Shown here piece after piece: positions 23,560 through 37,014 of a DNA stretch of 64,000 nt; within the stretch, counting starts at the first letter, position 1; each line of letters opens with the position of its first letter. This DNA comes from Tricharina praecox (lineage: Eukaryota). The stretch lies in the NCBI RefSeq assembly GCF_024521635.1, contig NW_026250412.1, positions 558,001 through 622,000 of the forward strand. The letters are read 5' to 3'. The position numbers were made by a program, and so were the translations under genes. Below the pieces are notes generated by a model. The model was given only the letters and a program-made list of their open reading frames with translations. It did not search any database and was not told the origin of the DNA.

Positions 23560-26500
23560 TCACTGTTAGTCAGCGTGGAGGCGGGATTCGGAGGGAAGGG
23601 GTGGGAGGGGTAGGCTTTGTAGCTGGGCAGTATTGGAAATCGTCATTCCGCCTGTTTTTTTCCTGGCGAAAGCGAGCCGACGAGAACCACGTCAAATTCA
23701 CTTCTTGTTTCTTCATCTTCATCTTCCATTACCCGTGACGCTTTCTGGGGTTACGGGTAGTTCTTTTTTCTTCTTCTTTCTTTCTTTTTCCTACTTTGTC
23801 TTTTAACGTGTCTTCATATTAATGATCCCAATATTTGGCGTTTAAATGTTTGGTTGGTTCCTTCCAGTCTTCTGTCCGGTTTTTTCTTTCATTCTTTCTT
23901 GTAGATAGCTTTGTAGCCTTTTTCTTTCTTTCTTCTTTTTTCTTTCTTCATGATCGTGCTTCACTTGCACACATTTTCTTTTCTTTTCACGTTTACTTCT
24001 TTTTCTGATAGGGTTTGGAAAAACTTCTCTTCTTCTTCTTTCGTTCTTTCGTTTTGCTGAAAGGGATTTCATATTGCGGCTTTTTTTTTTAGTTTTTATT
24101 CTAGGGCAGCATCTGGGGAGTTTGGGGAAGCGGTCACCGCGAGCAGTCAGCGAGAGAGAGTGGGCGAGCGAGAGGATATAGGAAAGGAGTTACCTAGACT
24201 CTATTCTATGTAGTACCGGTAGTGGTAGTGTATACTGTACTATTGTTGTGTTCGATGCACTGCGGGATGCGGGATGCGGAATTCGGGATGCGTGTGTTGC
24301 TGCTGCTGCTACCAACGTTCAAACATTACTTTTTTGCCTGGGAGTTGAGAGAGAGTGTGTGTGTGTGTTCGTACATACGGGTGTTCGCTTTTGGAGGGGG
24401 CGAGCGAGTGATCTCGTGTGCTACTATAGTTACTGCAAGAGGAGATCCTGGCACTAATAGGCAGAGTAGAGTAGAGTAGCAAAGGCAGAGGCAAGACTAC
24501 CGTACAGACGAGACGCGTACTTGGATACTTGGTTACTTGGTTACATAACCACAGTGGAATGGACGCGGTTGAGTCGAGTCGAGTGATATCCGTCCCAAGT
24601 TTCCAAGTTCCCAACTGGCGGTCTTAACTGGCGGTCCAAGCTGCTACCTCTGGATGCGCCTACATACGGTTGGAGGCTTGGAACTCGGAGCTTGGAACTT
24701 GGAGCCCGCGGCGTGATCGCGTGCTCTAAAGGAGGGACTTCGGGTTTTGGAGGAGGAGCATGGAAACATGTGCAGCATACTCTATCTATCGGGTATGTAT
24801 GGTCTTGCCGTCCAGGGCGACTGGGGGATCGAGGATGAGGATCAGGGCAAGGCGGCCGACCACCGCGTGTCTATCCAGCAGCACGGCGAATGCCTACCGT
24901 ACTTACCGGTACATAGCAGCATCCCGCACAGTTTACACGCGCGGCGCGGCGGCGGCGGCAGGCAGGTGCTGAGTGGGCACTAGGAACAGACACGCATACT
25001 AGTACTAGATGTATAGGTATGGATAGATATGTTGTGGTTGGCGCGTAGGGAAGGAAAACATCTAAGTAGATATTCCCCTCCGGAAGCCAGAAGCCAGAAG
25101 ACATTGTGGATTACGGGTGTGCAGTTATGTACCAGCGAGCTACGGAAGAGTCCTCATCCTCCTCGTTACGCGCCTGGGCTGCGAGGTTCGGAGCACACTG
25201 GTGCACTCGCACCCGACCAGAACTGCCACGCGCGGATGGCAAAGAGCAAAGGGCATAGAGCAAGCTGAGACTGTGGGGGACGCGCGCGTGCGCGTGTATG
25301 CAGAACGCATCCGCAAGGATGGAATTGACTTCCGTCGGTATCGTGGAATGGGGTAGAATTGGGAATTGGGAATTGGGATGGGATTGGGAATGTGGGGGGT
25401 TTGTCTCTAGCAGGCACGTGTGTGGGGGGAAGGGGGGGAGGGGGGATATCTAAACACGCGTGGGGGTAGGCGGCCGCGGTGAAATCCTACCTATGTTTGG
25501 GACCGCGTAGCAGAGCACCGCGCAGTAGAGCAGAGTATCTACCAAGGTAGAGTAGGTAGATCCAACCACCCACGCACCCACCAGCTCCCCCGCACCGCCG
25601 CGCCGCCGCCGCGCTGCGCGTGCTCTACCCACTTACCTACTCTACCTGGGTACTAGACTCTATGTACCCCACAAACAAATAGACGAATAGACAAATCTCG
25701 GAGCCGGAGCCGGATCCGGAGCATCTCATGCACTGACTCTGTGGGTGGTGGTGGTGGCTGCGGTGGGTGGGAGGGTGGGGAGCGAAGCGCGATTCGGATC
25801 GGAGGGTGCGGCGGTACCTGTTCACTAGCATGTATGTAGCGTCTAGTTACCACCAGCGTGGAACTTTCCGAACTTTAGGAACGGGGCTAGTGTTACTAGG
25901 GAATGTGAAACAAACGGAGGCGGTGGGTGGGAGGCTGAGGAGGGAAGATATCGCTGCAAGGCATTGCTGGATACGGTGGAAGGGGTTGCACAAAGGGGTG
26001 AAGATCTCAGGAAGGGCAGGATACCGTAGATGCTCGTGGGCAATGGGCATCCGGGTTGAAGCTGCGGCGTGTTGATCGGTATGTAGAGTATCTACGGTAT
26101 TTACACGGACTACCTACTCATGACGGTTCCCCGGCATGCGCATTGGACATTCACGGTTGAGACATCGAGGGTTAGCTTTAACATCGGCCGCTCAACAACT
26201 ACTTGAACCTATTTACATACCGTGTAGATGAAACGGCTGACAGCTTGGAGCGTATAGAGCGACTACCCCCTCGAATGGTTTCATCGATAGGATCGCTTGG
26301 ATCGCTTGGAAGGACAGTTGTGCCGGACTGCCAGTTCGGAGCATTGGCTATCAATGGCTCCTTGAGACATGGAGCCGCAATCCTCGAAGCACCGATAGCA
26401 GCTGGATACCACTACCACCACGAGATATGGCTCGGGGTTTTGGTGAACTAGAGGCTCGACGACCACTTCGCTCGACGCTAGCGCGCGTGAATTGAGTCTC

Positions 26501-27849
26501 GAGCATGCAGCCCAGCTCGTCCTCCCCTAGCCCTCACTCGAGGCGTAAAGTACCCACGACTCTCGAGCGTGTCATTCACAACTCTCAAACTTACCATTCA
26601 CCGCGGAACAAGAACGAGAACTACCACCGTCAGCAAAGCTGCGCCACAGGACGAGAACAACCACCGTCAGCACAGCCGCACAGTCTGGGGCGGACTCTTG
26701 GGAAAAAAGATACTCGGCGCCAAGCAACCTCAGCCGTACTCTATCCAGACAATCGCCCTTTGCGCCTCCCACCTCCCATGTCGTCCAAGCCCGTCAGCCT
26801 TCAACTCACTTTGTAATCAGATCAGATCACTCCTCCCTCCAGCTTGCTTCGATCCCGCGGCGGCACTAACCATACCAACACGCACTGCGCAATACATACA
26901 CTCGAGAGCTCGAACCTCACACTCTCTCGCTCAACCCAGCAACCCCCAACCCTCCCCACCCCCCGCAGCCCCTTTACAGGCGAGAGAGAAAAATTTAAAA
27001 TCGGTTCTCCCGTCTCATCCCATCATCGCCAGGTACCGGCGGCAACCACCGCTTCTCCGATCCTCCATCTCTCCTCCCCGTGAACGAGAGAGAGAGAGAG
27101 AGAGAGCCCGAAATCTCTGCTGTGTCGGAATCCCTCACGTCCCCCTAATCGGCAGTGTTGGCCGAATCAATCCACCGATCGAATCCCCAACATCGCTCCA
27201 ACGTAACGTAGCAACAACTACATACTCTACACACATACCATACCATTACCACTTCCACTACCCACTACCACTTCCACTACTCACTACTCGCTACTCACCC
27301 ACTCACTACCACTACTCGCTGCCTTGCCCAGTACTCTGCCAACAAAAAAAGTCGATCGGAAAAACTACAACTCGCCCGCCGTCGCTGCGAGGAAAAAAAA
27401 ATGTTCCCGCCAGCATCGACTTCGCCGTCATCGACTTCGCCGTTGTCGTCGGGGTCCTTCCCTTCTCCGTTCTCCTCCTCCGATTAGTCGTCCGCCAATC
27501 GAAACACATTCCCGAAGCTGTGGATCACCCCCCGTCGCCGCACCCGCATCAAATCCAACACCTTCCATCCCCCCTCAACGTCACCTCACCAACCACTGCT
27601 ACCACCGCAACCGCAACCACCACCACCACCACCACCACCACCACCACCACCACCACCACTGCCACCACTACCATCACCACCACTACCACCCGACCACATA
27701 CCACCTCCGATCCTCAACCTCCTCCACTCCTCCCCGCCCCCCCCTCCCTCCCTCCCTCCTCTCCCCTCCCTACCTCCACCTCCTACCTCTACGTACACCC
27801 CCACCCTCGAACTTAAAAAAAGTTAAAAAGTCTTTCGTCCGTCGCTTCA

Positions 27850-29196
27850 ATGGACGGCCCTGTGGCCATCGTCCCCGCCCACCCGGCGCCGCCATACGTT
27901 GTCGCTCTTTTCGCCTCGTTTCAAACATCCGATCCTTACGAATACCTTTCTACCCTCCTTTCGGCGCCAACATCACATCTCATCCTGACACCACCAATCC
28001 GACTGCCGCGCTCCCTCTACGACAAGCACTCCGTCATCCCCGAAATTAAAGCCACCGTCCTTCACATCAACTTCGAAGACGACATCATCTTCATCGGCCT
28101 CCACCCGTCGACCAAATACGCACTCTGCCGAGCCTACGAGAGCTTTCTCAACAGCTACCCCAACCGATGCGTTCCGCACGAGATCAAGGAGACGTGGCGC
28201 ACCAGGTTCTGGCAGAACATGGATTGGGTCCAATGGGTGGTTCCCGCCGAGCTACTCTGTTGGATCGATGAGAGGAGTGGGACCTGCGATCTGGCTTGGT
28301 TCGGGATGTTGGACGGAGGGGGCTACTACAAGCTTCCGTGCGGCGTGCCAGAGATGCTTGCATCGGTCGAGGCCAAGATAAAGCGACTCTTCCTGCCAAC
28401 GCTGGAAGAGGAAAGAAGCATCTGGGAGATTCCGTATCAAATCCAGGAGGCCACCAAATCGAGATTTCGTATCGAGGAGGAGGATCGGGTCTACGAGGGG
28501 GGTGAAACCATCGAGACGGAATTACTCTGGAACAATGCTAGCTGGAGCCAGCAGGATATGATTTACGACGACATCGTGGTCGACCCGAGTAAGATCGGGA
28601 CGAACTCCGCCAAGCGAAAACGAAAGCGGAAACGTGTACCCTCCGTTGATCTCGACATCGAACCGACCCTTCCGTGCCCGAGAGTCAGAATATACGAGAC
28701 AGAAACCGGCGGGAAGAGTGTTGCTGGGAGAGTGCGGAGGGTAGTCGCACCTCTCATCAGCAGTAACATCAGGTTACTCACGACAGCCGAGGGACGCTCA
28801 TATATTGAAACCGTCCCACAAACCCCAACCATCCGAAGGCGATTACCTCTTCCACCACCACCACCTCTACCTCCACCTGCAGAGGCGCAAACCCAGAATC
28901 AGGCGCAGACGCAGCCATCACAACCACTACTACCACCACCAGCAGCACCAACACCACATCACCCCCAAGCCCAGTCACAACCGCAATCATATCTATCACG
29001 ACCGCCAGGCTCGTACCCAACACCACCCGCTGATAATAACTTCTTTCAGCAGCCTCAACCGAGTGCCGAAAGAATACTTGAGCCGCTCATCAATGTTGAC
29101 CGCCCATCGCCACTCGAATTACCGTCGCCCCTGCTGAGCGGGGAAGATTACGAGTGCCGGGACTCCCACCAAGAAAAGGTCACTGCGGAATCATGA
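27850..29196 (+). CDS. Hypothetical protein, 448 aa, globular N-terminal half, KRKRKRKR NLS-like run, Pro/Gln-rich tail
   Basis: Long intronless ORF with complex, protein-like composition; ATG follows a pyrimidine/CA-rich leader; no family recognised. Confidence 0.75.
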   Translation: MDGPVAIVPAHPAPPYVVALFASFQTSDPYEYLSTLLSAPTSHLILTPPIRLPRSLYDKHSVIPEIKATVLHINFEDDIIFIGLHPSTKYALCRAYESFLNSYPNRCVPHEIKETWRTRFWQNMDWVQWVVPAELLCWIDERSGTCDLAWFGMLDGGGYYKLPCGVPEMLASVEAKIKRLFLPTLEEERSIWEIPYQIQEATKSRFRIEEEDRVYEGGETIETELLWNNASWSQQDMIYDDIVVDPSKIGTNSAKRKRKRKRVPSVDLDIEPTLPCPRVRIYETETGGKSVAGRVRRVVAPLISSNIRLLTTAEGRSYIETVPQTPTIRRRLPLPPPPPLPPPAEAQTQNQAQTQPSQPLLPPPAAPTPHHPQAQSQPQSYLSRPPGSYPTPPADNNFFQQPQPSAERILEPLINVDRPSPLELPSPLLSGEDYECRDSHQEKVTAES

Positions 29197-29778
29197 ACGA
29201 CTTTGATGGGCTATTGTACGGCGGCAGCGACAGTGGCAATGGCATCAGTGTCTACACATGCACACACACGACGAACCATTTGCTTGCGCTATCGAATGAG
29301 TCAAGAGATGATCGGTTACACTCACGATGGAGGAAAAACAAACCCCTCTTTGTGAGCGTTTTGTTTGGCTAGCCACCTCTTGCTGGCTAAGAATGATGAG
29401 AAGTGGGGGAGGTTTTTTTTTTATTTGGATTTATTCCTTTTTCTTGGATGGGGGAGGTAGTAGTGGTAATAGGCTTCTTTGAGACCAGGCAGGGGGCTGG
29501 TTTGACTGACGAAACCCAAAGCTCCTTCTATTACCCGGACTTGAAGAAGCAAGCTACGTACCTACGAAACGGCAGACAGCATCTGTCTAGTCTACTTCCA
29601 AGGGTTAGCAGATCCCCACCTGTATGCTTGCTTCTTCCTTCCTTCTTCATTCGGTTCCTAGGGCACTTCACTTTGCATTGTTCGGGTTCGGAGGTATTAC
29701 ACTACACTACCTGAAAGCTGGAGGATTTTACTGGAGTTACGGCTGGGGGTGAAAGCAAGAGAAAGAGAAAGTGTGTGT

Positions 29779-29782
<4 letters not shown>

Positions 29783-29869
<87 letters not shown>
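29783..29869. repeat. (TG)n microsatellite, ~43 units
   Basis: Directly visible. Confidence 0.97.
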
Positions 29870-29872
<3 letters not shown>

Positions 29873-30679
29873 GGAGTTATTTCGGTTCCGTTTGGCCTGG
29901 GGGGAGGGCATGATTATGATTCCCGTTTCTTTTTACGTATCTTTTATTGTGCTTTTGTGCTTTTGTTGTTGTTTGAGTGTCGATTGTGTGGGAGCATGGA
30001 GTCATAGACAGCGCTCTTGAGGATTCCACCTTTGACTTTTTTTTTTTTACTTCTTACTTTTCTTTTTTCTCTTTACCGCCAGTGTGCTTTGGTAATGCGT
30101 GCTTCTCCTTCTCCCCGTTTGTTTTTTTATTTTTCTTTCCTGTGTGTTTTTATTGCTACCCAAGGTGTTTACGGTTCCTTTTTTGTTTGACTACTACGTT
30201 TGCTTGCTCGGTTTGGCTTGGATTGGATTCAATGTGCGTTTTTCGTTTGTATTTTTTTGGGATAGGTGGTGGTGATCTGCATGTCTGCTTTAACTTGAAC
30301 TTGACTTGACTTGTGTTGTTCGTTGTTGCTTTGAGATCCGATAGGTACTTATTTTACTGTGATGTGCTGTGTATTCTTATCTTGAGGAGTGAGAGCTCGA
30401 ACTGGTTGTTGTAGCTCGTGGGAATGAATGAAACGAAAAGAGTACCGTACTGCTTCTCCTTGCTTGTATGAGTTGTCTGGATTGTCTGACTCTACGGAGT
30501 GTACGGACCTGTATGGACTGTACAGACTGGATTAATGGGTGGATTAATGGGTGGATGAATGGGCGATGGACGGGAGGGGGTAGGGAGGGGGTCTGCTAGA
30601 GCTTGGGAAGTTGGAAGTCCAAGGGGAGAAGCAGTACGTGAGCAGTACGTGCAATGATGAAACGTGAATGAGCACCTAA

Positions 30680-30921
30680 GTACCCATTTTACGGAGCCGT
30701 GAGTGAGTGATATTGCGTGGACGAAGTTCTAAGCCATGGGCGAGCTCGAGGTGCGGTGACTTCTGCGATGACTCATTCTTGTACCTACCCATCTTGCGGA
30801 GCCGTTGCGGAGGCGTGAGTGAGTGATATAATGTGATACCCGCGATACATTTGGCCGTGAGTTCCAAGCCAGGGTGAGGAGGGGAAGGGAGAGGTGCGGT
30901 GACTTCTGCGATGACTCATTC
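30680..30921. repeat. Imperfect tandem duplication (~100-140 bp) with an identical 31-bp core
   Basis: GAGGTGCGGTGACTTCTGCGATGACTCATTC at 30748 and 30891; CGGAGCCGT..GTGAGTGAGTGATAT..AGTTCYAAGCCA also repeated. Confidence 0.85.
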
Positions 30922-31049
30922 CTGCTGATGCGTTAAGCAGCCTCTAATCTCCGACGGAGTAGTGGTCGTAGCTATCCAAGCCTCAAGCCTCAACCTCAAG
31001 CTGTGCTAGCCAGCTAGCCGGTGCAGCATCATGCCGGTACTTACGAGTT

Positions 31050-31320
31050 ACGATAGCCAGTCTTACGATGGCCATTTCCATTGCCATTTCCATTGTAGTC
31101 CACTCGAGATCCAGTAGCCATTGCCATTGTCGTTCACTTCGAGATCCAGCAGCCACTGTCGTCCACCAGTCATTGCCATTGTCGTTCACCATTGCTATTG
31201 CTATTGCCATTGCCATTATCGTTCACCATTGCTATTGCTATTGCCATTGCCATTATCGTTCACCAGCCAGCACTGAGCAGCCATTGTCGTTCACCAAGCA
31301 TTGCGATTGTCGTTCACTCG
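31050..31320. repeat. Degenerate minisatellite built on CATTG(C)/TCGTTCAC, including a 37-bp unit x2 at ~31182-31264
   Basis: Directly visible. Confidence 0.85.
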
Positions 31321-32178
31321 AGAGTCGAGATCCGGGGAATCAGAAAATCACGTCTCGCTGAACCCATTCGGTCAACCCATTTAGCCACGACAATCATAGA
31401 GTAGAGTACAACTGAACGGCTGTACGCAATTCCATTATTCAAATACATGTATTCGCATACATACTCCTTAGAACCCGCGCCCCATCCGATCCTGTCCCCC
31501 ACTAACCCGTCTAATCCCATCACATCCCGACCCGAACCATCCCATCCCCCACTATCCCATTCCAACCCAACCAGCGGATCAGCCAACCAGCGGATCAGCC
31601 AACCAGCTGATCAGCCAACCAGCTGATCAGCCAATCAGCCAACCAGCCAACAGACCTTCACGCCCCATGCCTCATGTCCCATCACTCATGCCTCATCACT
31701 CATCACTCATAACCACCACACCCAACACAGTCGACACAGCCGACACAAGACTTCAACCTACCAAGAACCCAGCAAGAAATTTGAAACCCATCAAGAAATT
31801 TGTAACACATCGAGATTTAATAGTTACCAATGCCATTGCCATTGCCAGTTTCTGACCAGATGCAAAAGATAGGTAATGAAATATACAAAAAAAAGAAGCG
31901 CCAAACCCGCACCGCACCGTACCGAAGATACAAGATAAAAAAACATAAAGATAAACCCGAGCATGCATGGACCCCCCCGAAAATCCTCTATAAAGTATGA
32001 CAAAGAAAAAACGAAAGGAAAGGAAAGGTGAAATAAGGAAAGATGGACAAGATATGGGGAGAGTAGGCTGTGTGTAAATACGACCCCAAACATCGCTACA
32101 GTCCCCAATTTTTTAATGCAGAGAAAGAGAAGACTAGGTGGAACCTTCGCCCCGATCGAATGATTGTACCCTCGTGGT

Positions 32179-35100
32179 TTACGTGCTCCGGAAGGAATGC
32201 TGCATGAGTGTGTCGTCCCAATCATCGCGGAAGAAATCCGGCACCATCGTGTCTCCCCCGCCGCCATTCGACATGAAGAACTGTCCCGACATGGACGTGT
32301 CGATTCCGTTGCCATCCATGCGCTGGCCTTGCGACTGGGTTCCGGATCCCAGGTAATCGCCCATCAGTGGCTGTTGGCCCTGCAGGAGATACGGCGGTAG
32401 CGGGCCCAGGATGTTGCCCTCCAGACTGCCGAATTGGTTGCCGTTGGGCGCCGTTGGGTAAACTGGGGAGTTTATCTGGTTGGTCTGTTCGTCTTTTGTG
32501 GTGTGTTGCTGCACGGCCGGCACCATGTTGTGCGGTACGAAGCTGAACAAGTCGTTCGTCGGGAACATCATGCTGGTGAGATCCGGCATTCCGCTGCCGG
32601 CCATAGTTGTCTGAAAGCCCATCGACGTTGTTGGTGGTTGCTGGTTCGGCGACTCCGAGTTTTGCGCATTGTAATCTGCAGCTTGGTACGAATCGTAAGA
32701 ACGTCTTCGATTGACTGGATCAGGAGAGACAGTGAATTTGGTACCAAAAACATTGGGGGGAGTAGATAGGCGCTTGCTGGCCTCGGTCGGCGAGATTGGG
32801 GTGGCAATCACCCGGTGGACTGGGGATTCGGTAGGAGATACCGTTCCCGGACTGGAATGACCGTGAAACGAGGGAGACTCTCCATCTTCGCCCTCCGCGT
32901 CCGTGGCCCCCGAAAGTGCCCTTGCCCTCTTCTTTTTCGGAGGAACCAATTCCGCCGGAGCCGGAGCCAGAGGCGGAGCGTTACTGATCCTTTCAAAGGC
33001 CTTCTCGAACAACGGCTGCAAACCGGTTAGCACACCAACTCCAAGATTCGGAGTAGAGTGGATCCTTGGCCCCACATTTAACGTGTTGATACATCTATGT
33101 GCGGCGGCACTCTTCTCTTGTATGCTGACTAGGCAGTCTCTCCCCGTGATGATGTCCTTCAAGATTTCTCTCGACATTTTGTCGGGAGGGTTTACCAAGA
33201 CATAGTAGATGAGGGTGATGATCGCAAAGAAGGTGGTGTAGATGGTGAACCAGTAGGCTCCGTTCAGCAAGCCGTTCCGTCGCATCTCCTCGGCGGTATT
33301 GACGATATTCCTCGACACCTTCACACAAGCGGCAGCGATGGCGAATGGCCGCTCTTCGGAACGTGAGATGTAATGAACGAACGGCCGGTACAGCATCATC
33401 TGCACGTGGGCGAAAGACATTTTGAGCAGGTATTGACACCTGTAGACATTGAGCGTTTAGCGCAAGTACTCACAAGCGACAAGACACTTACTGCAGGAAC
33501 TCTCTAGGAGTATTATCTCCAGGCTTGAGGATAGCAGGTACCGACTCTAGCCATGCTGCCAACTCGAGTTCGATCTCGTGCAACTGCATCTGACTAACGC
33601 TGTATCCTCGGTTGTTCCCGGCCACGCTTGCCTCGACGCCCTTCAGCGGGTATATGCACTTGACCGTCTTCGCCATGATGGTTAATAGCCTGATGTGCGC
33701 GTTTGCGGCGGCCATGGTCGACGTTTCACCATCCTTCATGGGGGCGATTCCGTCTTGTGTGATGTTTTCATCGTCTACTTCCGCCGGCATCTCCTGATCG
33801 ATGTCTTCCGGCGCAATTCCCTTCGGTAGTCCCAAGATGGCGCCGACGTATGTGTCCATCTTCCAACAAGTCCAGAATATCCTCTTTCTTACTTCTCTCT
33901 CGATAGGATTGAACCTAGCATCGGGGACTGCCCTGTGCATACCCATCTTCACCGCAGCGCACAGCGCAATTCCGACATACGAGTAGCATGTCGACATCCT
34001 CGTGGATGATTGCAGGTAGATCGCCATCAAGAGGACCGCTTGGATCGAGTAGATGTCGCGGATGTCCGTCATCTCAATCATCCGACGACCGGCATTGAAG
34101 TATTTTAATCTACTGGTAATCAGCAAATGTGGTTGGGCGGAGGTGAACCGCGGTATGCAGGGCTGGATGTCTTACGCATCACCGGCGCCCACTTCGCACC
34201 CCTCGGCCGCATCATCATCGACCACGAACAAGCAACCGACTGCCAGGACGAGATAGAACAAAGGCAGAAATGTATTCTCGTCATCATCATAGTCTTCCGG
34301 TCTCTTGCTGTAGAGACGATGCATCATGCTCACGAAGGACGGCCTGTGGATGAAGCGCATCAAGACGCACGCCTTGTCCAGACACGTTTCCACCAACGAC
34401 GCCGCCGTCTCTTTCGGCGGTAATAATGTTACGTCCGAAATGTTTTCCGGTGGTGAGTAGGACGACGAATGAGGCGAATCCTGCGCCAGCAGTTTCGGTG
34501 GTTTCGGCATAGGCCAAGTGGTTGCGTTTAATCTCACTTCGCCCAAAATTCCTCCAAACTGACTGTTCAGTTGGTTGAGGTATGTCATGCCAGAGGAATG
34601 GCCGTGGAATTCCACCTTGTGTCCCTCGTCTATATCCAATCGGCCTGTCGCTTCCACCATCGAGTCCAGCCGGGAGTCCCTGTCCACCGCCGCTGCCGCT
34701 GCCGCCGATAGTCCGACCGAATTCACACCGGGGAAGATTCCTTTCGAATCTTGCGGTTTAGCGGCCGGAGCTTGAGATCCGGTGGGTACCTTCGAGATGT
34801 CCAACTCTTGGTTGTCGGGGTCTAGGTGGGGGGCAAAGATCTTCAACAATTGCTTTAAGCGCTGGACCTGATTTTCAAGGCCCTCAAGGTACACCGGTGC
34901 GGGATTTCGACGCCTATTTGACGGCTGGTCATATGTACATTCTATGAAGTCAAGTTCTTTGAGATTAGCGATTGAGGGTATTCACTTTTTATTTTTTTCT
35001 CCGCACCAACGTCCCGCGCGCGCGCGCCACCCCCGACGCAAAGATTACCCACGAACCATAACTATAGACCGTACAGTGCGTACAAGGTTGCTTGCCGTCA

Positions 35101-35402
35101 CACTTGATCTTCTTCCGCCGACACTCGTCGCAGGCGCGTGTGACTCTTCTTCTCTTCTGCTGCGGCAGGCCGTCGATTTTCGTCGGCACGGAGGACGTGT
35201 TGCTGCCGGCGGATGCAGGCGTGGTGGGTATGTGCGGAGGAATGTGCTGCTGCCAACCGGACCCGTTAACAAGCATATTGGATTCGTCGTCGAAGCCTTC
35301 CGGAGAAGAGTGCGTAGAGCCGAGATGTGGCACGTAGGTGTCTCCCGAGTACATCTGCGGTGTTGAGCGGTCGTCGGAGACGGCCATGTATTGGTGGTTC
35401 AT
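32179..35402 (-). CDS. ASG1: Zn(II)2Cys6 fungal transcription factor, Asg1-like; complement(join(32179..33015,33076..33439,33492..34109,34176..34941,35057..35402)), ~976 aa
   Basis: [49 protein letters not shown] binuclear cluster across intron 1; FHGHSSG motif; middle homology region [34 protein letters not shown]. Orthology to ASG1 is recognised from memory. Confidence 0.9.
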
Positions 35403-36982
35403 TGCGCGTTTGGCTTTCGGAGGGCCTTGCCGGTCAAAGTATGGAAGGTATTTCTCTCTCCGGACAGGCGAGCGCGGGGCGGGAGGGGGGGGACGAGACG
35501 GCGGGTTAAGGGCGTAAGTGTAGGTTTCCGTGCAGCGCCGGCCGGGGTTTGCGAGACGAGGACTCTTTACTCTAATATGTGTTTGGCGGAGAGGTGAGGA
35601 ATTAAAGCTTGGGAGCTGAAGTATTCAACACAGCTTTCCAGACGACCGGAGTGGAAGGAAGGAAATGGGGGGGGGGGTGGCCCGGCAACCAATATTCCCA
35701 GATGAGACAAGCCGGGGGGGTGGGTGAGGGAAGGGGGTGGTAGTGGGTGGGTTAGAGAGACCGATTCGAGGCTGCGGACAATGACGACGACGAAGGCGCG
35801 CGAAAATTGATTGGGCGTAGATTGCAGGATTTCTGATTATTATTATCGAGGGTAGAGGCTTGCAGCAGCGGGACCGCACACAGCAGTAGCAGTTAGGTAG
35901 CAGACCGAAGGAATATCTGGGGGGGATGGGTGGGGGCAGGGAAACGGTGAGACTGCGATGAATATGAGTGTTGCACGGGTGGAGGCAGGTAAGTAAGAAG
36001 GTAGGTGGGTATGGGATGGGATGAGGGGTGTGGGATGGGAAAAAGAAGATGATTGGAAAAAAGGTACAAGGCAGGAGTGTTGTGGTGGTGGTGGAGGTGG
36101 TGGTTACGGCAGTGGCCACTGGCCAATCGCTCTACTATACCGGACAAGTCAGAGTTTAGCTGTCGGAATGCGTAAGATCCCTCGGCGTTCGAATCGTTCG
36201 GCGGAATTTGAGCAGCAACGGACTGAACTGACTGACGGACTGACTGACGAACTCAAGAGCGAGAGAGAGCGCGAGAAAGAGAACTCAAGAGCGAGAGAGG
36301 CAGCGAGCGAGGACAAGGATGGCAGGCGAGTGCGGAACCCGATTCGATAGGACTTTTTTGCTCAGAGTCGTCCGCCGCAAACCTGGTATCATCGATTATT
36401 AAGCCACATGCCCACAGCAAGCCCTGGCGATTAATTCGCATCCGAGCACTGGACTGGAAATCCGAATGGAAGCGATTCAAGGCGCCGAGCACTTTGTACT
36501 GGACTCGAGAGAATGTAAGGCGCCGAGTCTCTCTCTCGCGCCTCTCTCTAGGTATCTCCCTCTCTCTCTCCCTCCCTCTCTATCCATCCGTAAACCCACC
36601 AAGGGCCTGCGCCTCAGGAGAGTCCATGTATCCACCCTAGGTGCTCTAGTCTCTATGCGCAGGGACTCACTCACTCACTAACTTGTATCCGGACGGGTGA
36701 AGCTTTTTTTCAATCTCGCAAAGCTGTCGATAACTACTCTAGGCAGAATCGCATCGGAGAAACCAGGATCTACGAGGTGGGCCGGGCTACGCCCCAAGTG
36801 GAATAAACGAGTGATTTCCGTCACTAACGCCGTCTGAGCGGAGTTTCGTATGTGCCTACTAGATACATGTGTCTTGCACGGCAGTTTGGTGGCGTTCTCG
36901 CCTTGTCTGCTAGTAGGTATCTACGGTACTCGAGTGCTTAACTACTCCACTCCACTCTACTCGGGCTCACTCATCTCTATGT

Positions 36983-37014
36983 AGAGTAGAGTAGAGTAGA
37001 GTAGAGTAGAGTAG
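36983..37014. repeat. (AGAGT)n pentanucleotide microsatellite
   Basis: Directly visible; one of many SSRs (also (GGAT)n ~830-940 and ~41331-41363, (CCACCT)n ~19849-19900, (ACC)n ~27615-27690, a 15-bp A/G unit x3 at ~39690-39757). Confidence 0.9.

Noticed and set aside
26569..28049. Long ORFs of 415 aa and 241 aa upstream of or overlapping the 27850 gene
   Set aside because: Non-ATG starts; open only because of C/A-rich low-complexity and SSR sequence; likely promoter or 5'-UTR.
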